This document shows positions 12,700-24,560 of a DNA stretch of 64,000 nt, piece by piece; position 1 is the stretch's first letter; every line of letters starts with the position of its first letter. Position numbers and translations under genes: made by a program. Origin of the DNA: Malacoraja senta (lineage: Eukaryota); assembly GCA_038087875.1 (NCBI GenBank), contig JAXLNO010005343.1, positions 62,001 to 126,000 of the forward strand, given 5' to 3'. Under the pieces are notes generated by a model. It made no database searches. It saw nothing but the letters and a program-made list of their open reading frames with translations, and was not told the origin of the DNA.

Positions 12700-14420
12700 G
12701 ACTCTTAAAGCCCACGTTCCCTTCTGCTTCCAACACCACCATCACCTGGCAACGTTTTCCCGGCACTCACCAGTTTCTGTATAAAAACAACTTGCCCCAC
12801 ACATCTCTAATCTTATAGTTATGCCCTCGATTCTATTACATTTTAACCCTGGGAAAAGGTTTCTGACTATTTCTCCTAACCATGTCCCTCATAATCCTAT
12901 ATACTTGTATCTCCCCACAATTTCCGATGCCCCAGAAAAAAAATCCGAAGTTGGCCAATCTCTCTTGATGGCCAATATCCTCTCATGCAGCCAGCATTCT
13001 GGTAAAGTCATAGAGCACGGGAACAGACTGTACTGTCCAACATGCCCATGCCGACCTAGATGCCTGATCTACACAAGTTCCACCTGCCTGCATGCATCTC
13101 TCATCCTTCTTACCGTGTCCAATATATGTAGCTGTCGAAATATCTTTTAAATGGTGTTTTAGTAAATCTGTTCTGCACCCTGTGAAAAGTCTCCACATTC
13201 TTGCCGCATTGGGTGACCAAAACGGCACACAACACGCGGCCTATCCATAGTGTTTTAAAGCTGTAACATGGCTCCCTCTCAGCACATGGCTCTAGCACTC
13301 AGTGCCACAACCGACGAAGGGAAGTATACCAAATGCATTCTTTACAATTCTATCATTTTGTGTTTGCATTCTTAAGGAGCTGTATCTTTAGACCCAAGTT
13401 CCAACAATACATCAGTGCTGTGGAAAGTCTTGCAAAGCGTAACAGCACACACTTGCTCCGATTAAACTGCATTTGCCATTTCTATGCACACATCTGCAAT
13501 TATACCTTTCCCCGTTTAGACGGTGAGGGGCATAGTGTCAATGATGTTGACAGGCTGGAATTTGTCAAATATGTTCAGGACAATATCCTTAGCCAGTACG
13601 TGTATGGCACTACAAGGGGGAGGACAAAGCTTGCCCTAATCATTGGAATTGGGAAATTGGCAAGTGACTGAAGATGGTTATCAACAATTGAAACAGGATG
13701 TTGATCTGTTGGGCAGGTAGGCTGAGGAATGGTTAATGGAGTTTTATACCAGTAAGTGAGAGGTGTTGCATTTTCTGAGGTCAAATAGTGTTAGGACCAA
13801 AACAGTGTAAGGCAGGGCTCTATGGAGTGATGGGGAGCAGACGGATGTAGGAGTGCAGGTACTTACTTCCTTGAGAATGTTGTCACATGTAGATAGGGTG
13901 AGCAAGAAGGCATTCGGCACAGTGGCCTTCATCATTCAGAATATTGAGTATAGAAGTTAGGAGGTCGTGTTACAATTGTACAGGACATTGGGGAGGCAAC
14001 ATTTGGAGTATTGTGTTCAGTTATGGCCATCCTGTTACAGGAATGATGCTGTTCAGCTGTAAAGGGTGCAGAGAAGATTTGCGAGGAAGTTAACAGGACT
14101 CGAGAGCCTGAGTTATAGGGAGTGATTGAGCAGGCTCAGACTTTATTCCTTGTGCTGCAGGAGGATGAGGGGTGATCTTATTGAAGTTCTTCGCATTAGG
14201 GGAACAGATAGGGTAAATGCACAGTATTTTTCTCAGAGGAGGGGAATCAAAAAAAGAGGGCAAAAATAAATCTGGACCGGTGCATGGATAGGATAGTTTT
14301 AGAAGGTCATGGACCAAATGGCAGGCAAGTGGAACTAGTGTAGATGAGCTATATTGGTCCGCGTGGGCAAGTTAGGCAGAAGGGCCTGTTTCCATATTGA
14401 ATTACTCTTTGACTACACAA
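12700..14420. mobile_element. Two adjacent degraded CR1 fragments (minus ~12700-13300, plus ~13330-14420)
   Basis: CR1 C-terminal motifs: RPxLEYCVQxW...RVQxRF-like text (13990-14090 on plus) and VETFHRVQNRFTK on minus. Confidence 0.7.
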
Positions 14421-15348
14421 ATGTTGGTGGGTGAACATCAGGGACCAGTAACCACAGTTCTATTTGCTTGAAAATAGTTTTGAATCAACACAGGGTTAGT
14501 CCACAAGGTTAAAGTCCGAAGCTGGTGCAAGGTCAACTTTGATGGTATTAGACAGGAATTTACAAACGTTTGGTGGAGGCTTGGAGCAGACCCAACCAGG
14601 GGTCTGAAAAAGAGTCCCGACTCATAACGTCACCCATCCATGTTCTGCAGAGATGCTGATTGACCAGCAGAGTTAATCCAGCACTTTGTATCATTTTAAC
14701 TTACAACTGTTGAGTTGAGTAGGTTATTAGCGGCCAAAGCAGCTTCGGGAAAATTGAATGCTCTTCAAAGTCCAATGGCGAGAGTTCTAAGCATGCATGT
14801 CCATGCTAAAGTAATAGGTAAGACAAATGGGAGTAAGGGAGCCCAGATGACATGCAAATTTGGGTCTCTGGTCAGGAAAAAAGGAGGTATGTGCCAGTTA
14901 TAGGCAGCTGGGATTAAATGTATGCCTTGAAGGTTTTGGGGACTGAGGAGCATAGTTAAGAAGCAAATCAAACGGGCAAAAAAAAGGCAATGGATAATTC
15001 TAGCAAATAATATTAAGGAAAATATGAAGACATTTCGTGAGTACATTAAGGGAAAAAGGTAACTGGACAGTGATATAAAACCTGCTGTAACCTTTGACAA
15101 CCTTTCTCCCAACTCCATCAATTTTATTAAATTTAATTCGACCATTAGGCAAATCTATTTACATTTTCGCCAGATTCGCTTTCGGAAAACTTAAATCTGT
15201 CACTTTTATTTGTTTGCTTTGCACAAATGTTCAAATTATTAGTAGATTTCTGAGCTTGCAGCGTATTACATCAGATTCAAGGGAGAGGGATTTTCCGATT
15301 TCAGGAGGTACGATATTCATATGTATCTTATGCATTTCAATCTTACAG

Positions 15349-15442
15349 GTACTAACATCGTCAATTGTGTCAGGATAATGTGCGGTTTAGTACTACTGCC
15401 TCTTCTCATTGCAACGTGTTGTATTGCAAGAAAAAAATAAAG
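15349..15442 (+). CDS. Gene A candidate TM exon [30 protein letters not shown]
   Basis: Phase-1 acceptor (catttcaatcttacag). Hydrophobic run with Arg at its N-terminal edge and basic stop-transfer RKK. In-frame TAA at 15438-15440, then a donor ag|gtaaag at 15443. Confidence 0.55.
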
Positions 15443-17308
15443 GTAAAGAATAATTTAACCCAATTAAGTATTTTGTTCAGAGGGCTATAGCTTTAGAAAG
15501 AGGGGCGCGTGATCTCTCTGTTCTTGGGCAAAATAGCTTCATTTTTCTTGTCATCACGGTCGACAAAGCCATTGTGGGCCGAGGGGCCTTTTCCTATGCT
15601 GTGTATTTATGTTTTATGTTACAACGAGTGGTCGCCCTATTCCTTCTGCGAAATTTCATTACCTTGCTTGAAAGTATTCATATTCGCCATTCCGCCCATT
15701 TTTAGTACACTAATATCCTACTGTAATGTTCTGTTCCCCTCAGTACTGAAGATCTCGTCCAATTATGTGTCACCCTTACTTCAGAAATCAGGTTTGATTC
15801 TGGTTCGAACAATCTGCAGTTCTGGAAGCAACACAACTGCGCCCATTGCTTTCTGTGAGCAGTTGCAGTTTAGTCTGCTTTCTTTCCCGCAGCCAGCCAT
15901 GAATCGATCTGAAACCTGTCACTAATTACGTATTCTCAGATCGTTTTTCGTGTGTCCTATGTCGCCAACCTATCTGCCATTCCTCTGGAAATCTAAGTTT
16001 ATATTTGTTTTCATTATCATAGCCATGCCTCTCCGTATTTGCTTACTGCCACGTCAAATTATATGAGTCCCAGCAATCGGGAGAGATTGCTAACTGGAGA
16101 TTCTATTTAGTTACCAGCGGCCTGGCTCTCGAAAAACACTGAGTAGAATTAAAAGGCTAGCGACGTCAGCATATTAATATCGATTCGGGATAAAGCCATG
16201 TATTTGCATATGATCGTCTCCATCAATCTATATTAAGCACTTTTGTTCATCGATCTATGAGAACCTCTTTTTTCGGGTGACAAAATGCCATTTTTGTAAC
16301 TTGAGAAGTAATTAGTATTATTAATTTACCAGATACCCAGAAGGAAGGAGAAATATATAATATTAATGGTATGTACTCAAAATCCATGGAATTGTTTCGG
16401 AAATCTAAAATAATATATTATACAAAATTAGCAGTCGAGCCGATTGGACAAAAATGAAGCATGAACCTAAAAAGAACTGTCAGTAGTGTGCGATGCATTT
16501 AATTGCCATCAGATCAATCTGAAGTAACATTTCACATTTACACGCCATGAAAGAAGTAAAGTTAAAATATCTGTGTTTGCCTTCAATACAACGGAAATTA
16601 GTTAGCAGTATCGTTGATGCCACTACCTCTCGGTAGCAGCCGTTCAAAGGGTTTTGTATGTTAACACGAATGCTAGATGAAAACCCATCTTGCCAAGATG
16701 ACATATTGCACTCACTTTTAAAAATTCGTGCCTCTTGTCAACAAAATGTCTAAGGTCTTTTAAATGCTCGTACCTCCACAGCAAAATCATGAATGTCTAC
16801 CACGGATGCATATCTACCGTTTTCGCTTGGCACGCACTGCATGCCCAGTAATTACCATGTGAAGCCTCGAAGACGGACGTCCAATCAGTACAGAATAAAG
16901 CTGCCCTCTATTTGCGCCTAGAGCGAAACCCCAATGCACCCGCAATCATCTCAGTGGACCTTCTCTGAACTGTGTCGTGTAACTTTCTAGCGGAGAGCGA
17001 CACTATCAGGCTCTAAAATGGATACAAACGAAAGTGTTCCTTTCTTTTAGTAAGCGCATTGAAACAGGACGTCTTTGCTGCCTTGCACAGACTGACAACC
17101 ACTTGGAAACAGGATTTTGATGTGAAATGAAATGAAAAATCGAGTTCACTATTATTTCCGTTCAATCAGTTGGCTGCAATTTGCTTCTTTGCGTTTGCAA
17201 ATGCTAAGATAAAGCAAATACGTTTACGAAGATAATATAGGTCATTTAGGGCTAGGAAGCCTTCCCCCGCCATATCCACACTGCGATTTATTTAGCTAAT
17301 CAGATCTA

Positions 17309-18906
17309 CAGTGCCCTCCATAATGTTTTGGACAAAGACCCATCACTCATTTATTTGCCGCTGTACTCCACAATTTGAGATTTGTAACAGAAAAAAAAAT
17401 CACATGTGGTTAAAGTGCACATTGTCAGATTTTAATAAAGTGCATTTTAATCATTTTTGTTTCACCGTGTAGGAATTACAGCAGTGTTTATACATAGTTC
17501 CCTCCCCCCATTACAGGGCACCATAATGAAAGTAGTCATGTTTAGTATTTTGTTGCATATCCTTTGCATGCAATGACTGCTTGAAGTCTGCGATTCATGG
17601 ACATCACCAGTTGCTGGGTGTCTTCTCTGGCGATGCCCTGCCAGGCCTGCATTACAGTTATCTCTAGCTTATGCTTGTTTTGGGGGCTAGTACCCATCAG
17701 TTTTCTCTTCAGCATATAAAAGACATGCTCAATTTGGTTCAGATCGGGTGATTGACTTGGCCACTCAAGAATTGACACATTTTTAGCTTTGAAAAACTGC
17801 TTAGTCGCTTTAGCAGTATGTTTGGGGTCATTGGATTGCTGTGAATGAACGCCGGCCAATGAGTTTTGATGCATTTGTTTGAAATTGAGCAGATAGGATG
17901 TGTCTATACACTTGAGAATTCATTATGCTACCACCATCAGCAGTTGTATCATCAATGAAGATAAGTGAGCCAATACCTTCAGCAGCCATATATGCCCAGG
18001 CCATAACACCCCCACCACCATGTTTCACAAATGAGGTGGTATGCATCAGATCTTGGGCAGTTCCTTCTCTCCTCCATACTTTGCTCTTGCCATCATTCGA
18101 ATATGTTAATCTTCGACTCATCTGTCCACAAGACCCATTTCCAGAACTGCGGTTGCTCTTTTAAGTACTTCTTGGCAAACTGTAACCTGGCCATCCTGTT
18201 TTTGCGGCTAACCAGTGGTTTGCATCTTGCAGTGTAGCCTCTGTATTTTTGTTCATGAAGGCTTCCGCGGAGAGTGGTCATTGACAAATCCACACCTGAC
18301 TCATGAAGAGTGTTTCTGATCTGTCGGACGGGTGTTTGGGGATTTTTCTTTATTATAGAGAAAATTCTTCTCTCACCAGCTTCCATGGCCTGTCTGTCCC
18401 TTTGCGATTATTAAGCTCAAAAGTGCACTCTTTCTTCTTAATGATGTTCTAAACAGTTGATTTTGGTAAGCCTACGGTTTGGCTGATGCCGCTAACATTT
18501 TAATTCGTGTTTCTCAGTCTCATAATGGCTTCTTTGACTTTCATTGGCACATTTTCGGTCCTCATGTTGATAAGCGGCAATAAACGTTTTCAAAGGTGAT
18601 GGAAAGACTGGAGGATAGACTAGATGCTGAGCACCCCCTTAAACACACCTGAGCAATTGCAAACGCCTGTGAAGCCATGTGTCCCAAACATTATGGTGCC
18701 ATGAAATGGGGGGACTATGTTTAAACCCAGCTGTAATTTCTACATGGTGAAACCAAAATGTATAAAAATGGCCTTTAATAAAACCTGACAATATGCACTT
18801 TAACCACACGTGATTTTTTTTTAAATTACAAATCTCAAATTGTGCAGTACAGAGGCAAATAAATAAATGATGGGTCTTTGTCTCAAACATTAAGGGGGGG
18901 GCACTA
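17309..18906 (-). mobile_element. Tc1/mariner DNA transposon, near full length, defective; long IR/DR-type TIRs
   Basis: ~220-bp inverted repeats at 17309-~17528 and ~18682-18906, with TA to the left. The transposase is split over three frames (18386-17542): TDESK, QQSNDPKH (catalytic D replaced by S) and SPDLNQIEH. Confidence 0.92.
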
Positions 18907-19097
18907 TTACTCGCTTTTTTTTTGGTACTGTTGGAGCATCAGAAGTGATAGACACTTTTATTCATGTAATAGGCCGTCGAATCTGTTTTAGAGCATGATT
19001 GTGTCGTTCTCCGCAAGAATCAATTCACCTCTGTTTCGAAGATGCATACTTTCCTCGTTTAGTCTATGGAATGTGCAGGTGAAGCGAGTGTGCCTTA

Positions 19098-19238
19098 TTT
19101 TTAGTTTAGATTAGTTTCGTTTAGTTTCGTTTAGTTTCGTTTAGTTTAGTTTAGTTTAGATTAGTTGCGTTTAGTTTAGTTTAGTTTAGATGCGTTTAGT
19201 TTAGTTTAGTTTAGTTTAGTTTAGTTTAGATTAGTTTA
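19098..19238 (+). repeat. (TTTAG)n pentanucleotide microsatellite with TTTCG/GATTA variants, tail of a minus-strand SINE
   Basis: Directly visible tandem array abutting the SINE sequence gatacaacgcagaaaaaggccc. Confidence 0.9.
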
Positions 19239-19754
19239 GAGATACAACGCAGAAAAAGGCCCTTTGGCCCACCGAGTCCATGCCGACCAACGATGCCCGC
19301 ACACTTACCATATCCTACACAAAGTAGGAACAGTTTTACAATTATACCAAGCCAATTAACCTACAAACCTGTACGTCTTTGGACTGTGGCACCCGGTCTC
19401 GGGCGCTGTGTGGCAGCAACTCTAACGTTGCGCCAACGTGCCGCCCCAAATCTGCGCAAAATCTGAGCAAATCCAGGATAATTCCAATGCCGGTCAATCA
19501 AGAAAGGACAGGTACACATATATGAACGCATTCAGGCTAGATATCGGCACCTCCGCCCTTCGGCATGCTTCGGCGTACAATAAGGTGTTGATTGGCCTTA
19601 GCTCTGCGTTTACCATTGCCAACCTAACGATTGACGGCTTTACTTATTTAATACATATATCATCTCCTGACAGAAAATATAAAGTGGAGAAAAAAGTCAA
19701 ATTCTTGTCCTTGCACATAATGTATCAAAAATATTTATATGGCAAAGTTAGACA

Positions 19755-20104
19755 CAAGATGCTGGAGAAACTCAGCGGGTCAGGCAGCATCTCTGGAGAA
19801 AATGGATGTGACGTTTCGGGTCCGGACCCTTCTTCAGACTGAATCCAGCAGGGAGAGTAGAGGGAAAAATGGAAAGCGAAGTAAATTAGGAAAAGTCGGG
19901 GCCAGCAACAGATGACCTCAGGTAAACTGGTTTCCCGATGGGCTGACTGTTGGCCAGGGGCGGGTGTGAGTCGAAGAGGGATACATAGTCGAATTCGGTA
20001 AACAACCTCTAGTGGAGGACGGGGGGGGGGTGAGGAGAGAAGGGGAGGGAGGTGTAGCGAGGTGTTGACGGCCTTGATTTGTCCTGTTTTTTCTTCGCCT
20101 CCAG
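19755..20104 (-). mobile_element. Penelope-like terminal repeat/fragment running into the gap
   Basis: Same PLE terminal motif as at ~10018-10110. Confidence 0.6.
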
Positions 20105-20302
20105 NNNNNNNNNNNNNNNNNNNNNNNNNNNNNNNNNNNNNNNNNNNNNNNNNNNNNNNNNNNNNNNNNNNNNNNNNNNNNNNNNNNNNNNNNNNNNNNN
20201 NNNNNNNNNNNNNNNNNNNNNNNNNNNNNNNNNNNNNNNNNNNNNNNNNNNNNNNNNNNNNNNNNNNNNNNNNNNNNNNNNNNNNNNNNNNNNNNNNNNN
20301 NN
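20105..20302. other. Assembly gap (N run)
   Basis: Run of N characters. Confidence 0.99.
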
Positions 20303-20680
20303 ACGAGTATGACTGTCCTCTTTTGGGAGGACGCCTGTGCCTGACTTAGTTTAACGTGGGGAGACTCGTGCACAGACAGCCACCACACGGTTCTTGACAG
20401 ATCTGGGTCAGGATCCATTGCCATAGAGTCCAAGACGACCGTAGACTCTTTTCTGCTGCAGCTTTCATCCGCCTTCCCAGCCGTTGTGACGCTCCACTAA
20501 AGTCAGCCATCATCCTCTGCCTTTTCCACCGTTGCGGTCTTGGTTGGATTGCTCCTTGTCAGGGACCTTCCCCTCGACCTTACCGCCATGGGTGGCCCAA
20601 CCATGAGCATAGCTCCAGACGGCATCGCTCTTAGGATCTCAGGACCACACAAGCGTCTCCGCCACGACAAGGTAACAATC
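20303..20680 (+). mobile_element. Probable RTE-like retrotransposon 5' region fragment
   Basis: ...ctccagacggcatcgctcttaggatc...ccgccacgacaaggtaacaatcc recalls vertebrate RTE 5' sequence. Recognition from memory only. Confidence 0.35.
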
Positions 20681-22249
20681 CACATACACACACTCTCACA
20701 CAAACACACACACACACACAATCAGACTTAAGAAGGGTCCCGACCCCAAGAGTCACCTGTCCATTTTCGTCAGAATGCTGCCTGACCCTCTGACTCACTC
20801 GAGCACTTTGTGTCTCTTTGGTATAAACCAGTATATGCCGTTCATTTATGTTACTTTTAGTTGGCAGCCTGTTGTAATAATCTCTGATTTTGCGATGCTC
20901 TCGTGGCTGCATGAGATTTAAAGCAACTTAAAAAATGAACTAATATTCTTTCCATTAAATTTTCATCTCGTAGACCAAGCAGAAACCAATGCATGCTAAA
21001 GTGATCTACGCTCCGTTCGTTACGGTAGGAAACACGAAAAGAGAGCAAACAATTGTACGGATAATGACACTGACAGCTAATAAAGCAAATGCGAGGTGCA
21101 GATGTTATCTATTCAGAATGGAATCCCAAGTAGTGTCCGTGCTCAAATTGATGTCTTGTTATTTGTGTGATTACTTATCAAGTCCATTCTCTGACAAAAA
21201 GCATCAACAACCCTCAGAGAAAGGGCGAGATGTACTATATTACAAGCATGGCGCACTGATTTTACGTCAAAATTCCTAACCAACATTTCACCTTCAACAC
21301 TTGGGGTGAAATGGGTTGCAAATGATTGCCCAAGTTATGTTCAAGAAAGTTTCGGTGTCCATGCGTTTAGCAACTGTGCTCCCTGTCTTTGCATATGTTT
21401 GGTAAAGGTAGGCACCTAAATTATAATTTCTGTAAAATAATATGCACTTTCATGCGTGTGTTTACCGCATTCTTTCCAGTCGCTTTGCAATCGCTGAATG
21501 TTTGAAGTGTACGGACAGATTAAAAACAAACATGATCAGAAATGTGAAAACTGTACATCATATGAATAAAAATCGATACGGTCAGAGACGAAACCAATCC
21601 GTCTTGACTCGGTTGGGGAAAAATAAACATAGTTTAGTTTAATTTAATATTGTCACATATATAGTGGAACGCCTTTTGTTGCATGCTATCAGTCAAAGAA
21701 AAGACTATACATGAGTATTATCAAGCCGTCCACAGTGTACCATTAAAGGATAACAAACTACAAATATCATTAAATGGGAAGGGCTGGAACGTTGGGATTC
21801 CGAAATCTGTAATATTGTAAGGGTCGTTGTGCACGGAATAAATGCTCCGCGGGTATGGCTGGATCCGTAAAATCGGTAATAAAGTAAGCATATCAATTTC
21901 TTGGCCTTATTTCAGAACAGCAGGAGAGTAGAGAAGCACAGGTGTTCATGCAAGTACAGAAGCAGTGAATAGGAAGTGGAGGGTTAAAGGACTAAAGCAG
22001 AGACTGGCGATACGGTGTGTAGCCAACCGAAAGACAAAGCAATTGATAATAATATGATCAAACTCTATTCCTTAAAGATATAGAAGAAACAATGAACGGC
22101 AGATGTTGGTTTAACAAGGAAGACAAAATGCTTGAGTATATCAGCGGGCCGGATAGCATTCCTGGAAAACTTGTGATAGGTGACGCTTCAGGTCAAGACC
22201 CTTCAGATTAATGACGTTTCGGGTCGGGACCCTTTCACCTGGAATATCT

Positions 22250-24560
22250 CCGACACCGCTCTTCCCTTTTTTGATCTCTCTGCCTCCTTCACAGGGGACA
22301 AACTATGAACTGAGGCCTATTACACGCCTACATACTCCCGCGGTTATCTGAACTACACTTCCTTCCACGATGGCTCATGCAAAGACGCTATCCCCTATTC
22401 TCAATTCCACCGACTGCACCACATTAGCTCCCACGATGCGGCTTTTTCAATCGAGGACATTCAAGACGTCCTCTTGCTTTAGTAAAGTTAGCTCTCCCCT
22501 TCTGTCATAGGTGGATCCCTGACTCGCGTCACTTCTGTGCCCCGTAGCTCTGCTCTCGCTCCCCTCCCCCTCAAACAGAACAAGGATAGAGTCCCTTTGT
22601 CCTCATCTTTCACCCCACTAGTCACTGAATCCAATACATCACTTGGGTATTTCTGTTACCTCCAATGTATTCCCACCACTAATCACACCCTCCGCATCCA
22701 CCACATCATTATCCTACATTTCCGGTATCTCTGATGTGATCACAACAGCAATCATATCTTACCATCTCCACCCACTCAGCGTTTGCAAAGATCACTCCTT
22801 CTACAATTCCATGGCTCGTTCATCCCTTCCCACCCAAACCACCTCATCCCGAATATTTCAACTGTCCCCTAATGCATGGCGCATTGAGGTTAATATAGAG
22901 AAGTGTGAACTATTGCTTTTTGAGAAGGAACACCATGGCATAATCTACACAGTGAATGGCAGAGCTCTGGGGAGTGACAGGGCAGAAGGATGTGGGAGTA
23001 CGGATACATAGTTCCTTGAAAGTGGAGTCACAAGTAGATAGGGTAACCAAGAACGCTTTCAGCACATCGGCCTTCATCGGTCAGAGTATTTAATATAGAG
23101 GTTGGGAGGTCATGTTACAGTTATGCATGACATTGGTGTGGCAACCCTCATAGTATTGTGTTCTGTTTTGGTCACTCTATTGCAGGAAATATGCTATTAA
23201 GATGGAAAGGTTGCAGAGAAGTGTTTCGAGGATGTTGCCAGATCACATGTCCGGGCTATAGAGAGAAATTGAGCAGGCTAGGACTTTATTCCTTGGTGCA
23301 GAAGGATGAGGGGTGATCTTATAGAGGTTACAAGATCATGAGAGGAATATTGTACTTTTACCCAGAGATGGGGAATCGATAAGCAGAGGACATCGGTTTA
23401 AAGTGAGTGTGGACATTTTTAATAAGAACCTGAGGAGCAACCTTTTTAAACAAAGGGTGGGCCGTGTGTGAAATGAGTAGCCAGAGGAGGTAGTTGAAGC
23501 AGGCACTGTAACAATGTTTACAAAACCTTTAGAAATGTACATGGATATATAGTCTCCAAGAAGTGTTCCATTTTATACCTGGGTAATATAACTACAATGA
23601 TGCTGAAGGAAGATCATTACTTGGTTAAAATCCTACTCACAGCTGGCAGAAAGGCCATTACAAGAAACTGGCTTGCAGCGGACACACCCACACAGTACAG
23701 GAAATATTGTCATGGAGAAAATAACATATTCTCTAAGAGTGAAAGAAGACGAGTTTAACAGGAACAAATGGGAAAAAAGAATTAGGTATAGAATTAAAGA
23801 CATCAACTGTATACTTTTATTGACAATAATGTAAGTTATTGGAAAATGTTTTAATAAGAAAATAGTTCAGTATACTGCATCAGTAATTGTAAACTGACCC
23901 CCCCCACCCCCCCCACCCCCGCTGCACTATTGTATGTTTCACTGCATTGTTGTATGTTTCGTTGTTATATTTGTGTTTTATTTGTGTATGCATAAAAGCA
24001 ATAAAGACTAAAGTGAAAAAAAAGAAATGTACATGGACAGGATAGGTTTAGATGGATAAGGGCCAAACACAGGCAAGTCGGTCGAGTGTAGATGCGGCAT
24101 GTTGGTCGGCGCGGGCAAGTTGTGATAAAGGGCCTGTTTACACGCTATGTGACTATGACTCTCTATAAGTCTAACCGCAGGAAATCCAACACCTGTCCTT
24201 ATACCTCAACCCTCGCCTCCAAGGACCCCGGCACTCCTTCTAGGTGAGACAAAAGTTCACGTGCACCGCCACCAAACTTGTGTACTACATCCGCTCTTCC
24301 CTATGTGGCCTCATGTACTGTTCATCCACTGAACTGAATGTCGTCTCTGCAACCATTTCGCTCCTAACACTTGCGTCTGATCGACAAGGCCTGTAGGAAC
24401 TCCAGGCTAACTCATGTAGCCCCACTTTTTATTCCCATACTAACCCTCCGCCATTCCCAAAGTGAGTCCACACGCAAACTGGAGGACCTCATTTTCTGCT
24501 TGAGTGGCTTAAAACCCAACGCTATTAACATTGAATTTTCCAATTTCAGCTAACGACCAT
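22250..24560 (+). mobile_element. Penelope-like element (RT C-terminus plus GIY-YIG region) interrupted by a CR1, which is itself interrupted by an L1 fragment
   Basis: 22350-22430 reads YTSFH..SCKDAIPYSQFHRL (PLE RT). 24255-24320 reads FTCTATKLVYYIR (GIY-YIG region). The CR1 occupies ~22870-24170. Confidence 0.75.
23546..24022 (+). mobile_element. 5'-truncated L1/Tx1-like 3' fragment with 15-bp target-site duplication
   Basis: Reads LVKILLTAGRKAITRNW (ORF2 C-terminus) and has an A-rich tail. agaaatgtacatgga is duplicated at 23531-23545 and 24023-24037. Confidence 0.8.

Noticed and set aside
15174-15253. Alternative phase-1 TM candidate [26 protein letters not shown] (contains a Lys)
   Set aside because: The hydrophobic run is short and interrupted, there are no basic stop-transfer residues and no downstream donor, and T-rich DNA explains it. 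Not excluded absolutely.
15275-15378. [34 protein letters not shown] as a TM exon
   Set aside because: Weak acceptor. The hydrophobic part is simply the polypyrimidine tract of the 15349 acceptor, and it ends without a cytoplasmic anchor.
21916-21953. Phase 1->0 mini-exon EQQESREAQ(VFMQ) as a gene A cytoplasmic bridge
   Set aside because: Both possible donors (gtgttc, gtacag) are weak and there is no homology evidence.
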